A DNA stretch of 64,000 bases, taken from assembly GCA_000092065.1 (NCBI GenBank), contig CP000592.1. One strand, 5' to 3'. Positions 36,314 to 45,115 of the stretch are shown piece after piece. The first letter of the stretch is position 1; each line of letters opens with the position of its first letter. Under the pieces are notes generated by a model that searched no databases, was not told where the DNA came from, and saw only the letters and a list, made by a program, of their open reading frames with translations. The DNA comes from Ostreococcus lucimarinus. Its lineage: Eukaryota. A program made the translations under genes and the position numbers.

Positions 36314-38329
36314 TCACCCTTGTTCCATTTTCTGCGAGAGAATCTTGAAGCGTTCTTCGGCGGCGACTCTTTCGCGCAACTCTTTCGCGCCTTGACGATC
36401 GGGGTGGAAGCGCAACAACGCTTTCCTGTACGCGCTACGTAGTTGCTTCGCGTTCGCGTGCGCGCCACCTTCGACCGCGACGCCGAAACACTCGAGAGTC
36501 TCCGCCAAATTTAACGAAGCCACCTTCGTCTCCCATTCTCGTCTAAATTCTTCCCTAATTGAGTCGGTGCTTTGCTCTTCTTCGTGTCGACTCTCCCGCG
36601 CTTCCCGAAACGTCGCGACTCTACTTTCAGCGGCTTTGATCAAATCTTCAGCCGCCTTTGCTTTTTGCTCTTCTCGCCGCCGGCGTTGCGCTTGCGATTG
36701 CTCCTCTTGCTCCGCAGCCTTGATAAGCGCTTGTGCGTCGATTTCCTCCCGCCGCCGCGCAAGAATCGCGCCAACGGCATCGCTGACGATCCATTTCTTA
36801 CTCACGAGCATGTTGAACACTTCTTGTAGCAAAACAGGCTCCCCCAAGCCGCGCGAGTGCGCCGCGTCGTCTTCCAACACCGCCCCGAGAGCGTTGCAGA
36901 GCAGATTGGCGCGCTCGGAACCGTTTTCAGCCAGCTTGAACGCGGTTTGCGCGCTCTTTAACGCTACTCCATGCGCAATCGCAATGGCCGATATCAATTC
37001 CGCGTTTGAATCGTCCAAGAACTCTGTTTCCTCTTCTCTCGCAGACGTCGGCGCCGCCGCCGCCTGCGACTGCGTGCCCCGGGCGAACGACACTAAATCG
37101 TCGATGGATGAGTTCGACCCCGTTGCGAGCGGCGATTTCGGAAGCTTTTCTAGCGGCGACTTGCCCTTGTCTGCGCGCATACTCGACATGGTCGGCTCTT
37201 TTCGCGAGTGCGTGTACGTGTACGGAGGCGGTGTCGGCGGCGCACCGTCGAAGTCTGGTTCGGAGCACGGTTTCAGCGTTCCCGGACACAGCATCAAATC
37301 TACCCACATGTCAGATCCTTCCTCGGCGAAAATAACGCGAGCCGAATTTCTCCCACAGTAGTACTCCCCACGAACTAATCGACACGGCACGCCCGCGCTC
37401 GCCGCTAAAGTTTTGAACAAAATCGCTCGATGGCGTTCGACTCCCTTGGATAAATGCCCGACATGCAGACAACATCCCGACTGACTGCTCGCGTTCAACA
37501 GCTGCTCGCGATCCTCCGCCGTCGCGAGCACAAGGGTTGGATCGTCGATGGTCTTCACGGACCCGCCCAAACGATCGCTCACCAATCTGGCCAGCGCAGC
37601 GCACCGGGCCCGTACGTTCGGCACCTGCGAGCACGTCTCCCGCGCCAACTCGTCGAGCGCGTTCAAAAACATATCCGTGCGCCTGTCCACGACGAAAACT
37701 TCCTCCGTCGCCGTGACCGGTGGCCTCTTGAGCAGATCTCCGAGCGCGGGCAATTGTCCATCCACTGAACTCTCGAACGCGTCGCCCCAGACGTCGTAAA
37801 ACCCGTCGCACGTCTCATCCAAGACTTCGTCCGCGTCGAGCGCTTGCGAGATCCAAAACTTTGACGCCAAGCTTTGCCCCTTACCCCGTCCTTTTCCCGC
37901 GGCATCCGCGGCATCAAATTCCAGCTCCACCGCCAGCACATCCGCGCTCGTCTCTTTCGTGCTCGCCTCGAGCGCGAACTGCATTTCGCGCGCGTCGAAG
38001 CCATCCGTTCGCGCGCGCGCCGAAGCCGTCGCGCGCGCAGCCGTCCCGCCCGCGTCCAGCGCGTCCACTTGGTACATCGCCGACGCCGCCTCGTCCGTCG
38101 ACATCGGCGGCGCCGCGCGCATCGCGTTGACGGTAAACGGCGCGCCCGCGCCATCGCCGCGCTCTTTTCGTCGTTTCAGTCGCGCTGCGTCGCGACGTTT
38201 GCGATTGATTACGTCAGTCCTCTGGTGGTTAAAAGTTGACCGAACGCGCGTCGTCGCGTCGTCGCGCGCGTCGAGCGCGCGTCGAGCGCGTCGAGCGCTC
38301 CGAGACGTACACTTTATCGATTTGAGCAT
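36314..38329 (-). CDS. Protein with an EDR1/CTR1-N-type domain, a possible UBA/CUE-like helical region and a C-terminal DnaJ (J) domain; probably two exons
   Basis: EDR1-N-like: DGFYDVWGDAF...SGCCLHVGHLSKGVERHRAILFKTLAASAGVPCRLVRGEYYCG...VDLMLCPGTLKP (compare CTR1/EDR1 N-terminal [26 protein letters not shown]...VDLMGDPGTL). C-terminal J domain: NAKQLRSAYRKALLRFHPDRQG. Proposed exon 1 at 38311-38329 (ATGCTCAAATCGATAAAGT, MLKSIK), donor GTACGT, intron at 38185-38310 with ACTGAC 25 nt before the GCAG acceptor, exon 2 from 38184. The intron removes an Arg-rich stretch. The unspliced reading is also open. Confidence 0.55.
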   Translation of the reverse strand: MLKSIKCTSRSARRARRALDARDDATTRVRSTFNHQRTDVINRKRRDAARLKRRKERGDGAGAPFTVNAMRAAPPMSTDEAASAMYQVDALDAGGTAARATASARARTDGFDAREMQFALEASTKETSADVLAVELEFDAADAAGKGRGKGQSLASKFWISQALDADEVLDETCDGFYDVWGDAFESSVDGQLPALGDLLKRPPVTATEEVFVVDRRTDMFLNALDELARETCSQVPNVRARCAALARLVSDRLGGSVKTIDDPTLVLATAEDREQLLNASSQSGCCLHVGHLSKGVERHRAILFKTLAASAGVPCRLVRGEYYCGRNSARVIFAEEGSDMWVDLMLCPGTLKPCSEPDFDGAPPTPPPYTYTHSRKEPTMSSMRADKGKSPLEKLPKSPLATGSNSSIDDLVSFARGTQSQAAAAPTSAREEETEFLDDSNAELISAIAIAHGVALKSAQTAFKLAENGSERANLLCNALGAVLEDDAAHSRGLGEPVLLQEVFNMLVSKKWIVSDAVGAILARRREEIDAQALIKAAEQEEQSQAQRRRREEQKAKAAEDLIKAAESRVATFREARESRHEEEQSTDSIREEFRREWETKVASLNLAETLECFGVAVEGGAHANAKQLRSAYRKALLRFHPDRQGAKELRERVAAEERFKILSQKMEQG
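38185..38310 (-). other. Putative 5' intron of the EDR1-N/J-domain gene (126 nt)
   Basis: GTACGT donor. ACTGAC at 38217-38212. GCAG acceptor at 38188-38185. Phase 1. Confidence 0.4.
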
Positions 38330-38464
38330 GCCGCGCGACGCGCGAGACGCGCGCGCGTGTGCGGGAGTCGGGAGAACGCGTCGGGACCGGAGCGGGACGC
38401 GCGAGCGCGTTTTACGCGTTACATGCGTCGCGCGCGCGACGTCGAAATTTGCGGGCGCTAGTTG

Positions 38465-38479
38465 CTAGATTAAAGACGA

Positions 38480-38518
<39 letters not shown>

Positions 38519-39184
38519 GGGCGCCGGCGTCGGCGCGCCGCCCGCGCTCGCCGACGACTTGGCCACGCACAACCACCCCAGAAACACGTACATCAACATC
38601 ACCGGATACACCGCCAGCGCCCTTCTCGACGCCGGCATCGCCGCGCTCACGAACGGCACGCTCGCTTTACTGCTCCACGTCACCGCCGCCGCGACGACGA
38701 TGAATCTGTACACCTTATTCTCGCTCGCCAGGCACAGCGCGCTCGCCAGGCACAGCGGCACCACGCAGTACCCCAACAGCGCCACGCTCTGCAAGAATAT
38801 GATCTTCCCGCCCAGCAACAGCACGTTCGCCGTCAGCGCCACCGCGCCGAGCCCGACCGTCGCGAAGACGACGCTGAACGTCTCGCTCGCGTTCGCCGCG
38901 CCGCCGCTCAGCGTCGCGCTCAGCGTCAGCACGAACGCCAGCGGTCCCCACAGGTCCCACTCTCGCAGCCGCGTCGCGCCGTTCGCCCCCCAGTTCATCG
39001 GCAGCAGCACCGCCGCGCAGTTTCGCCGCACCACGGCGCAATCGCGCCTGACGGTGGCCCAAATCGTTTCATCCAGCGTCCCGAACGCGAGATCGCTCGT
39101 CTCGCTCGCGCCCACGCGCGCGCGCTCGATCTCGTGCTCGCGCGACGCGAACAGCGGCACCGCGTCGCCGAGCGCGCCGTTCAT
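38465..39184 (-). CDS. Yip1-domain (YIPF) Golgi membrane protein
   Basis: ...LREWDLWGPLAFVLTLSATL... followed by multiple TM helices, the typical Yip1 family core. ATG at 39184. The C-terminal tail (PTPAPAPTPTPTPTPTP) is encoded by a (GGCGTC)n microsatellite at about 38478-38535. Confidence 0.7.
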
Positions 39185-39217
39185 CGCGCGGCGCGAGTCC
39201 GCGCGCGCGCGATGCGC

Positions 39218-39272
39218 GGTCGCGATGTGACGCGACGGCCGATGATGCCCTAACGCGCGTCACATCGCGACC
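39218..39272. promoter_or_regulatory. Perfect 17-bp inverted repeat with a 21-nt spacer in the Yip1/DHQ-SDH bidirectional promoter
   Basis: ggtcgcgatgtgacgcg (39218-39234), spacer (39235-39255), cgcgtcacatcgcgacc (39256-39272). The arms are exact reverse complements. The repeat lies in the 143-bp spacer between divergent start codons at 39184 (-) and 39328 (+). Confidence 0.6.
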
Positions 39273-39327
39273 GCGCCTCGCGCGCGCGTCCGCGGCGCGT
39301 CGCGGCGACGCGATTCGACGCGCGCGA

Positions 39328-41028
39328 ATGTTCGCGACCGCGCGCGCGCCCGGCGCGGCGGCCGGCGCGGCGACGCGCGCGACGCGACGGGGAAATCAAC
39401 GCGAGGGCGCGACGACGCGCGCGGCGACGACGACGACGCGACGCGCGATGCGCGTGCGCGCGCGCGCGGCGTGCAAACTGACCACGTCCGTCATCGCGCC
39501 GAACCTGGAGCTCGCGCTGCGGGACGTGGACGACGCCGTGAGGAAGGGCGCGGACGTCGTGGAGCTCAGGGTGGATTTCTTGCGCGACGACGCGGCGCGC
39601 GGGACGCTGGGCGACGCGATCGAAGCGCTGATTAAAGCGTCGCCGGTGCCGGTGATCGTGACGAATCGACCGACTTGGGAGGGAGGGCAAGATGATGGGG
39701 ACGAGAGCGCGCGGTTGGAGGCGCTTTGGAGGGCGCACGAGTGCGGGGCGGCGTACGTGGATTGCGAGGCGCTCGCGGCGGAGCGATTCTTCGCGGCGAA
39801 ACCGGCGACGGCGACGCTGAGGAATGGGAAGACTAAGATCATTTTGAGCTCGCATAATTACGATGAGACGCCGAACGATGAGATTTTGGCGGAGATTCAC
39901 GCGAAGTGCGTGCGCTTGGGGGCGGATATCGTCAAGATGGCGTCGGTGTGTAACGCGGTGGAGGACGTGGCGCGATTGGAGAAGCTCTTGCGCACGAAGG
40001 GAAGGGAGATCGAGACGATCGTTTTGGGCATGAGCGAGCACGGACAAGTGTCTCGATTGCTCGCGGCGAAGTTTGGAAGCTTTTTGACGTTCGGGGCGAT
40101 TCGAAGAGGGGAAGAGAGCGCACCGGGGCAGCCGTTGCTCGAAGAGCTGCGAGATTTGTATCGCGTGCCGACGCAGACGGCGGCGACAAAGGTGATGGGC
40201 GTGATCGGGAACCCGATCGGACACAGTAAGTCACCGGCGTTACACAATCCTTGTCTCGCCGCCGCGGGCGTGGATGCGTGCTACGTCCCGTTACTCGTCA
40301 AGGATATCAAAACCTTTCTCGCGTCGCCGCTCTTCGGGTCGAAGGACTTTGTGGGGTTTAGCGTGACGATTCCGCATAAGGAAGACGCCTTGGAGTGCTG
40401 CGCCGAGGTCGACCCCGTGGCGAAGCAAATCGGCGCGGTGAACACGTTGGTTCGTCAACCGGATGGATCGTTAAAGGGTTACAACACCGATTATGTCGCC
40501 GCGATCGAGGCTATCGAAAACGCGATGGAGAAGAAAACGGGCGTCGCCGCCGCGAAGTCCTTGGCTGGGAAAACAGTCGTCGTCATCGGCGCCGGCGGTG
40601 CGGGCAAGGCTTTGGCGTTCGGCGCTAAGTTTAAGGGCGCCAACGTCGTCATCGCCAATCGCAGCGTCGAGCGCGCACAGGCGCTCGCTGACGCGTGCGG
40701 CGGCGTCGCGGTGTCGCTCGAAGATTTAGCGAGCGGTAGCGTCGTCGGCGACGTCTTGGCCAATAGCACCTCGGTCGGGATGCAACCGAACGTTGAAGAC
40801 ACGCCGACGCCAGCGTCTGTACTCGGAGGGTTTTCCGTCGTCTTCGACGCGGTGTACACCCCGCTCGAGACGCGGCTCTTGCGCGAAGCCAAGGCGAGTG
40901 GGTGCGAAATCGCGAGCGGGCTGGACATGTTCGTCGGGCAAGCGGCGAGGCAGTTCGAGCTCTTCACCGGGAAAGAGGCCGAGGTTGAGCTCATGCGCGA
41001 CGCCGTGTTGTCGAGCATAAAAAGGTAA
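39328..41028 (+). CDS. DHQ-SDH: Bifunctional 3-dehydroquinate dehydratase / shikimate 5-dehydrogenase (plant-type DHQ-SDH) with a plastid transit peptide
   Basis: Type I DHQase region (VVELRVDFL..., PVIVTNRPTWEGG..., IILSSHNY) followed by the SDH region (KVMGVIGNPIGHSKSPALHN...GAGGAGKALAFGA). 566 aa. ATG at 39328. Confidence 0.9.
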   Translation: MFATARAPGAAAGAATRATRRGNQREGATTRAATTTTRRAMRVRARAACKLTTSVIAPNLELALRDVDDAVRKGADVVELRVDFLRDDAARGTLGDAIEALIKASPVPVIVTNRPTWEGGQDDGDESARLEALWRAHECGAAYVDCEALAAERFFAAKPATATLRNGKTKIILSSHNYDETPNDEILAEIHAKCVRLGADIVKMASVCNAVEDVARLEKLLRTKGREIETIVLGMSEHGQVSRLLAAKFGSFLTFGAIRRGEESAPGQPLLEELRDLYRVPTQTAATKVMGVIGNPIGHSKSPALHNPCLAAAGVDACYVPLLVKDIKTFLASPLFGSKDFVGFSVTIPHKEDALECCAEVDPVAKQIGAVNTLVRQPDGSLKGYNTDYVAAIEAIENAMEKKTGVAAAKSLAGKTVVVIGAGGAGKALAFGAKFKGANVVIANRSVERAQALADACGGVAVSLEDLASGSVVGDVLANSTSVGMQPNVEDTPTPASVLGGFSVVFDAVYTPLETRLLREAKASGCEIASGLDMFVGQAARQFELFTGKEAEVELMRDAVLSSIKR

Positions 41029-41107
41029 GCGTGTAGCGGCGTTGTTGGATACAAAATGCGATAATAATATTCTTACAACGAGACATTGTACAGCGCGCTC
41101 GTTCGTC

Positions 41108-41929
41108 TTACGCCGCGAGTTCGAGCGCTTCGAGCGCCTTGGCCGCGAGCGCAGCCTTTTGCGCCTCTTTCGCCGCGTGCTCCTCTTCGCGTCGACGCAA
41201 GCGCGCCGCCGCCTTCGCCGCTTCCTTCTCCTGTTTTTTCTGCTTGCTCTCCGCCCGCTTCGCGCTCTTCGGACCGAGCTTGCCCGGCGACGTCGACCGC
41301 GCCGAGACGCGTCGTCCATCGTCCCCGACCGCCCTCGGCGCCGACGCCGGCGACGCCGACGCCTCCCCGTCGTGTTTCGGCGGTTTCTTCTTCGCCGCCG
41401 CCGTCGCCGCCGGCTCTTTCCCTCGCCCGCTCGCCGTCGGTCGCGCGTAGCTCCTCGAGCCTCCGTTCGACACGAACCCCCCTCGACCAAACTTTCGATT
41501 CCCCAGCACCAGCCTTCGCGCGCGCCCCCGCATCAGCGCCTCCTCCAGCGCATCGCTCCCATCGCTCCCGTCGCTCCCGTCTCGCCCGTCCTCGTCGCCG
41601 TCGTCCCATCCCTCGCCCTCGCGTCCCCTCGTCGCCCACCGCGCGCGCCGCAGCAGGCACAGCGACTCCTCCTGCATCCCCCCGTCCTCGAGCGCGCGTC
41701 CGTCCAGCGCGCGTCGCACCAGCACGCGCTCGCACGACGCCTGGCACAGCGGGCACCGCGTCCGCGCCCCCGCGCGCGTGAACTCGGCCCACTTGGTCAC
41801 GCAGGACGCGCAGAACGCGTGCAGGCACGCCACGACGAGCGCGACGTCGCGCGCGTCCGGGCGCGCGAGGCAGACGGCGCACGTCGGCGACGCGCGCGCG
41901 TCGTCGTCGTCCGGCGCGACGCGCGACAT
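41108..41929 (-). CDS. C3HC4 RING-finger protein with a Lys/Glu-rich coiled-coil C-terminus
   Basis: RING: CAVCLARPDARDVALVVACLHAFCASCVTKWAEFTRAGARTRCPLCQ. Proposed start is ATG at 41929 (MSRVAPDDDDARASPT...). The upstream 245 codons of the track ORF are His/Arg-rich junk overlapping the EamA gene on the other strand. Confidence 0.5.
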   Translation of the reverse strand: MSRVAPDDDDARASPTCAVCLARPDARDVALVVACLHAFCASCVTKWAEFTRAGARTRCPLCQASCERVLVRRALDGRALEDGGMQEESLCLLRRARWATRGREGEGWDDGDEDGRDGSDGSDGSDALEEALMRGRARRLVLGNRKFGRGGFVSNGGSRSYARPTASGRGKEPAATAAAKKKPPKHDGEASASPASAPRAVGDDGRRVSARSTSPGKLGPKSAKRAESKQKKQEKEAAKAAARLRRREEEHAAKEAQKAALAAKALEALELAA

Positions 41930-42151
41930 GGCGCGCGCGACGTCGCGCGGCGCGACGGCGAGTGCGGCGCGCGTCAACGGATAAGCCGCGCGACGCGACG
42001 CGACAGCGCGACGCGCGACGCGCGCGAACGGCGCGACGACATGCGAGCGACGCGCGCGGGGATTTATCTCTAGCTCTTCGCGGCGCGCGCGCGGCGCGAG
42101 GGCGCGCGCGAGGGCGCGCGCGGGACGGCGGCGGCGGCGGGACGGGACGGG

Positions 42152-43165
42152 ATGGCGACGGAAAAAGACGCCGAACGCGGCGACGGGACGCTCGCGAGGC
42201 GGTCGAGCCTGAGCGAGAGCTTCAGCGAGCACGATCGAGGGCAGATCGTGAATCACGCGGCGCTGTGGACGGCGCAGTTGATTTGGGCGCTCATGCACGT
42301 GCTGAGCCACGACGCGCTCGAGCACGTCGAGCCGACGGCGTTCTGCGCGCTCAGGCTCGCGCTGGCGCTGCCGTTTCTGGCGATATCGGCGAGGAAGGAG
42401 GGCGGGAGTCTGCCGTGGCGCGCGGTCGCGACGTGGGTGGTGCCGATGGGGGCGATGATCGGCGCGGCGTATCTGTTGGTCTTCGTGGCGAACGCGCGCT
42501 CGGGACCGACGCTCGTGGCGTGCGTGCAGCCGATCATGCCGGTGTCGGTGGCGGTGATGAGTTATGTGATAGGATTGGAGCGCATGACGCGCGTGAAGGC
42601 GCTGGGCGTGATCGTCGTTTTCGCGGGAACGGTCACCGCGCTGCGCGCGTACGAAATTTTTCAAACGGGCGGGATGAATTTTTTGGACATCTTTCTCTTG
42701 CTGTCGCAGACGAATTCGTACGCCGTCTACGTCGTGATGCTCGGCGTGGCGACGAAAACGTACCCGTATCCATTGCTGTTCTTATTCCTCGCCACCGCCG
42801 TGGCCGAGTTCGTCGTCTTGCTCATCGCGATTCCGGCGTTCGCCCGACTCGACGTCTCCCGCGTTCCCGCGTCCGCCTGGGGCGCCGTCGTCTTCGCGGG
42901 ATGGGGCTCGTCCGTCTTCGCCCACTCCCTGAATTCTTGGGCCGTCGCTCGCGTCAAGGGCGTCTTGCCCACCGTCTACTCCGGCGTCCAAGTCATCTTC
43001 ACCATCGTTCTCAGTCGCGTGTTCCTTCGCGAGCGTCTGCCGTGGGATCGAGGCGTCGGCATCGCCGTCACCATCCTCGGCGTCTGTTTAGTCGCGCGCG
43101 CCAAGTACGCCGAGACGCCCGACGCGACGCGTCGCGACGCGCCCTCGCGCTCGTGCGGCGCATAG
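42152..43165 (+). CDS. EamA-domain transporter (drug/metabolite transporter superfamily)
   Basis: Ten predicted TM helices with two EamA-like repeats (...ALRLALALPFLAISARKEG..., ...VFAGWGSSVFAHSLNSWAVARV...). ATG at 42152. Confidence 0.75.
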   Translation: MATEKDAERGDGTLARRSSLSESFSEHDRGQIVNHAALWTAQLIWALMHVLSHDALEHVEPTAFCALRLALALPFLAISARKEGGSLPWRAVATWVVPMGAMIGAAYLLVFVANARSGPTLVACVQPIMPVSVAVMSYVIGLERMTRVKALGVIVVFAGTVTALRAYEIFQTGGMNFLDIFLLLSQTNSYAVYVVMLGVATKTYPYPLLFLFLATAVAEFVVLLIAIPAFARLDVSRVPASAWGAVVFAGWGSSVFAHSLNSWAVARVKGVLPTVYSGVQVIFTIVLSRVFLRERLPWDRGVGIAVTILGVCLVARAKYAETPDATRRDAPSRSCGA

Positions 43166-43174
43166 TTTTCGTAG

Positions 43175-43218
43175 CGCCTAGCCTTCATTTAATTCGCGCC
43201 TAGCCTTCATTTAATTCG
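43175..43218. repeat. 22-bp perfect tandem duplication (cgcctagccttcatttaattcg x2) immediately 3' of the EamA stop codon
   Basis: 43175-43196 and 43197-43218 are identical. The AT-rich motif TTCATTTAATT could belong to a 3'-end/polyadenylation region. Confidence 0.8.
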
Positions 43219-43364
43219 CGTCTCGTCGGCCAGTCGGCGCTCGCGCTCGAACCAAACCCTCACAACTCCCCTCAGGGTTTTAGTTTTAGCCGCACGTCTC
43301 GTCCGCACATCGCGACGCGTCGGCCTCGCCGCGAACGGTTCCCTCGCGCGGACCTCGACTCGTC

Positions 43365-45026
43365 ATGTCGCACGCCGCGCACCTCCGCCGCGCGCTCTCG
43401 CGCGCGCTCTCGCGCGCGAGCGCCGCGCGCGCGCCGCTCGGCCCGGTCGCGAACCCTGGAGCGACACCCGATCGCGCCGCCGCGCTGAAGCGCGACGCGC
43501 TCCGCGCCTACGCCACGGGCCCGGCGCGACACGAGAAACAAATCTCCGACGATCTGCTCGCGAAGCTCGGCGGGCTGTCCACGCAGGCGCTGATCGATGG
43601 ATTGTGGGTCATGGGATGGCCGACGAGCCACGTGATGGGCGCGCGACCGCTCACGGAGGGACAAAAGAAACTGGTCGGACGCGCGGTGACGCTTCGATTC
43701 GTGCCGCAGCGACCGGATATCGCGGCGAGTAAACCGGCGGGGATGGAATCGCCGGAATACGAGGCGTTTGAACAGACCGGGCCGAACGAGTGCGTGGTCA
43801 TGGAGAGCGTCGGGCCGTGGGAGAGCGTCGGCGGCGATATCAAGTTTTTACGATTGGCGCAGCTTAAATGCGCGGGATTAGTGACCGATGGAAGCGTGAG
43901 AGACACCGCGGTGTTGCGGGAGTACGGATTTCCGGTGTTTTCGATTTCGACGACGCCGAGACAAGGACCGCACGTGCACCAGCCGTGGGAGGCGAACGGC
44001 GTCATCACGTGCGGCGGCATCGTCGTGCGACCGGGCGACGCGATCATCGGCGATCAAGACGGCGTTGTCGTTATTCCAGCGTCTCACGCGCAGGAAGTGT
44101 ACGATATCGCGCACTCTCGAGAGATTGTCGAGGATATCGTGAAGACGGAGCTCGCGACAAATCCGGGTCCGCCGGGCAAATTTTATCCGTTTGTGAGCGG
44201 CAAGATCAAGAAGGACTCGCCGTTGTGCAAGTTGCTCGCGAGCAAGGGCTACGACTCGAGCAAGTTTGCGCACACCGCCGCGAACCCGGGCGCTCGCGCC
44301 GGTCTCGGTGGTATTCCGAAGAGCCGCAATACGCTCGGCGCGCGCAGATCGATGAGCCAACAAGTTCGTCACAAGTCGTACATGCGAACCGACGCCGAGT
44401 TCAACGAAGTGCTCGATCAGTTTGCCAAGCACAAGGCGTGTGCTGTCCTCCGCACGGGAGTCGAAGGTGCGGCGTACAACGCCATGGACGCCGCCGTCCA
44501 AGGCGGCTTCAAGCTCGTTGAATTCACCCTCACCACCCCAGGCTGCCTCGACGCGGTTTCCCGATTTGCCTCCCGCACCGACGTCTTGACCGGCTGCGGT
44601 ACTATTCTCAACATCGACGACGCCAAGAGAGCTTTGGACGCTGGGTCGAAATTTATCGTTGCTCCGATTTTGATTCCGGAAGTTGTCGAGTGGTGCGCGG
44701 CGAACAAAATCGTCTGCATCCCGGGCTGCCAAACCCCGAGCGAGTTGTACCGCGCGTACAGCCTCGGCGCCCCCGTGCAAAAGCTCTTCCCGGGTGTCGC
44801 CGGTGGCCCTAACTGGGTTCGCGCCGTCGCCTCGGCGCTTCCGATGCTTCGAATCAACCCGACGTCGGGCGTCGAAATCGACACCGCCGCCGACTACTTG
44901 CGTGCGGGCGCCGCCTCTCTCGGTTTCGTCGCCCCGGCGTTCGATCAAAACGCCATCAAGGCGGGTGATTGGGACGCCATCTCCAAGCGTGCGACTGAAA
45001 TTATTGCCGCCGTGAAGGCCGCGTAA
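43365..45026 (+). CDS. Fusion protein: N-terminal RraA-like/HMG-CHA-aldolase-like domain plus C-terminal KDPG/KHG aldolase (Eda-type), with a mitochondrial-type presequence
   Basis: N-terminal half: LIDGLWVMGWPTSHVMGARPL...GRAVTLRFVPQRPD...ECVVMESVG...GGDIKFLRLAQLKCAGLVTDGSVRDTAVLREYGFPVFS (RraA-like fold). C-terminal half: GAAYNAMDAAVQGGFKLVEFTLTTPGCLDAVSRFA..TGCGTILNIDDAKRALDAGSKFIVAPILIPEVVEWCAANKIVCIPGCQTPSELYRAYSLGAPVQKLFPG (KDPG/KHG aldolase). ATG at 43365 (MSHAAHLRRALSRALSRASAARAPLG). Confidence 0.8.
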   Translation: MSHAAHLRRALSRALSRASAARAPLGPVANPGATPDRAAALKRDALRAYATGPARHEKQISDDLLAKLGGLSTQALIDGLWVMGWPTSHVMGARPLTEGQKKLVGRAVTLRFVPQRPDIAASKPAGMESPEYEAFEQTGPNECVVMESVGPWESVGGDIKFLRLAQLKCAGLVTDGSVRDTAVLREYGFPVFSISTTPRQGPHVHQPWEANGVITCGGIVVRPGDAIIGDQDGVVVIPASHAQEVYDIAHSREIVEDIVKTELATNPGPPGKFYPFVSGKIKKDSPLCKLLASKGYDSSKFAHTAANPGARAGLGGIPKSRNTLGARRSMSQQVRHKSYMRTDAEFNEVLDQFAKHKACAVLRTGVEGAAYNAMDAAVQGGFKLVEFTLTTPGCLDAVSRFASRTDVLTGCGTILNIDDAKRALDAGSKFIVAPILIPEVVEWCAANKIVCIPGCQTPSELYRAYSLGAPVQKLFPGVAGGPNWVRAVASALPMLRINPTSGVEIDTAADYLRAGAASLGFVAPAFDQNAIKAGDWDAISKRATEIIAAVKAA

Positions 45027-45115
45027 ACGATTTTATTCGTACAAATCCGTCCACGTTGAAATATAAAAACATCTCAAGAATGACAACGCTTCTAAATAAT
45101 GGAATCGCGCGACTT

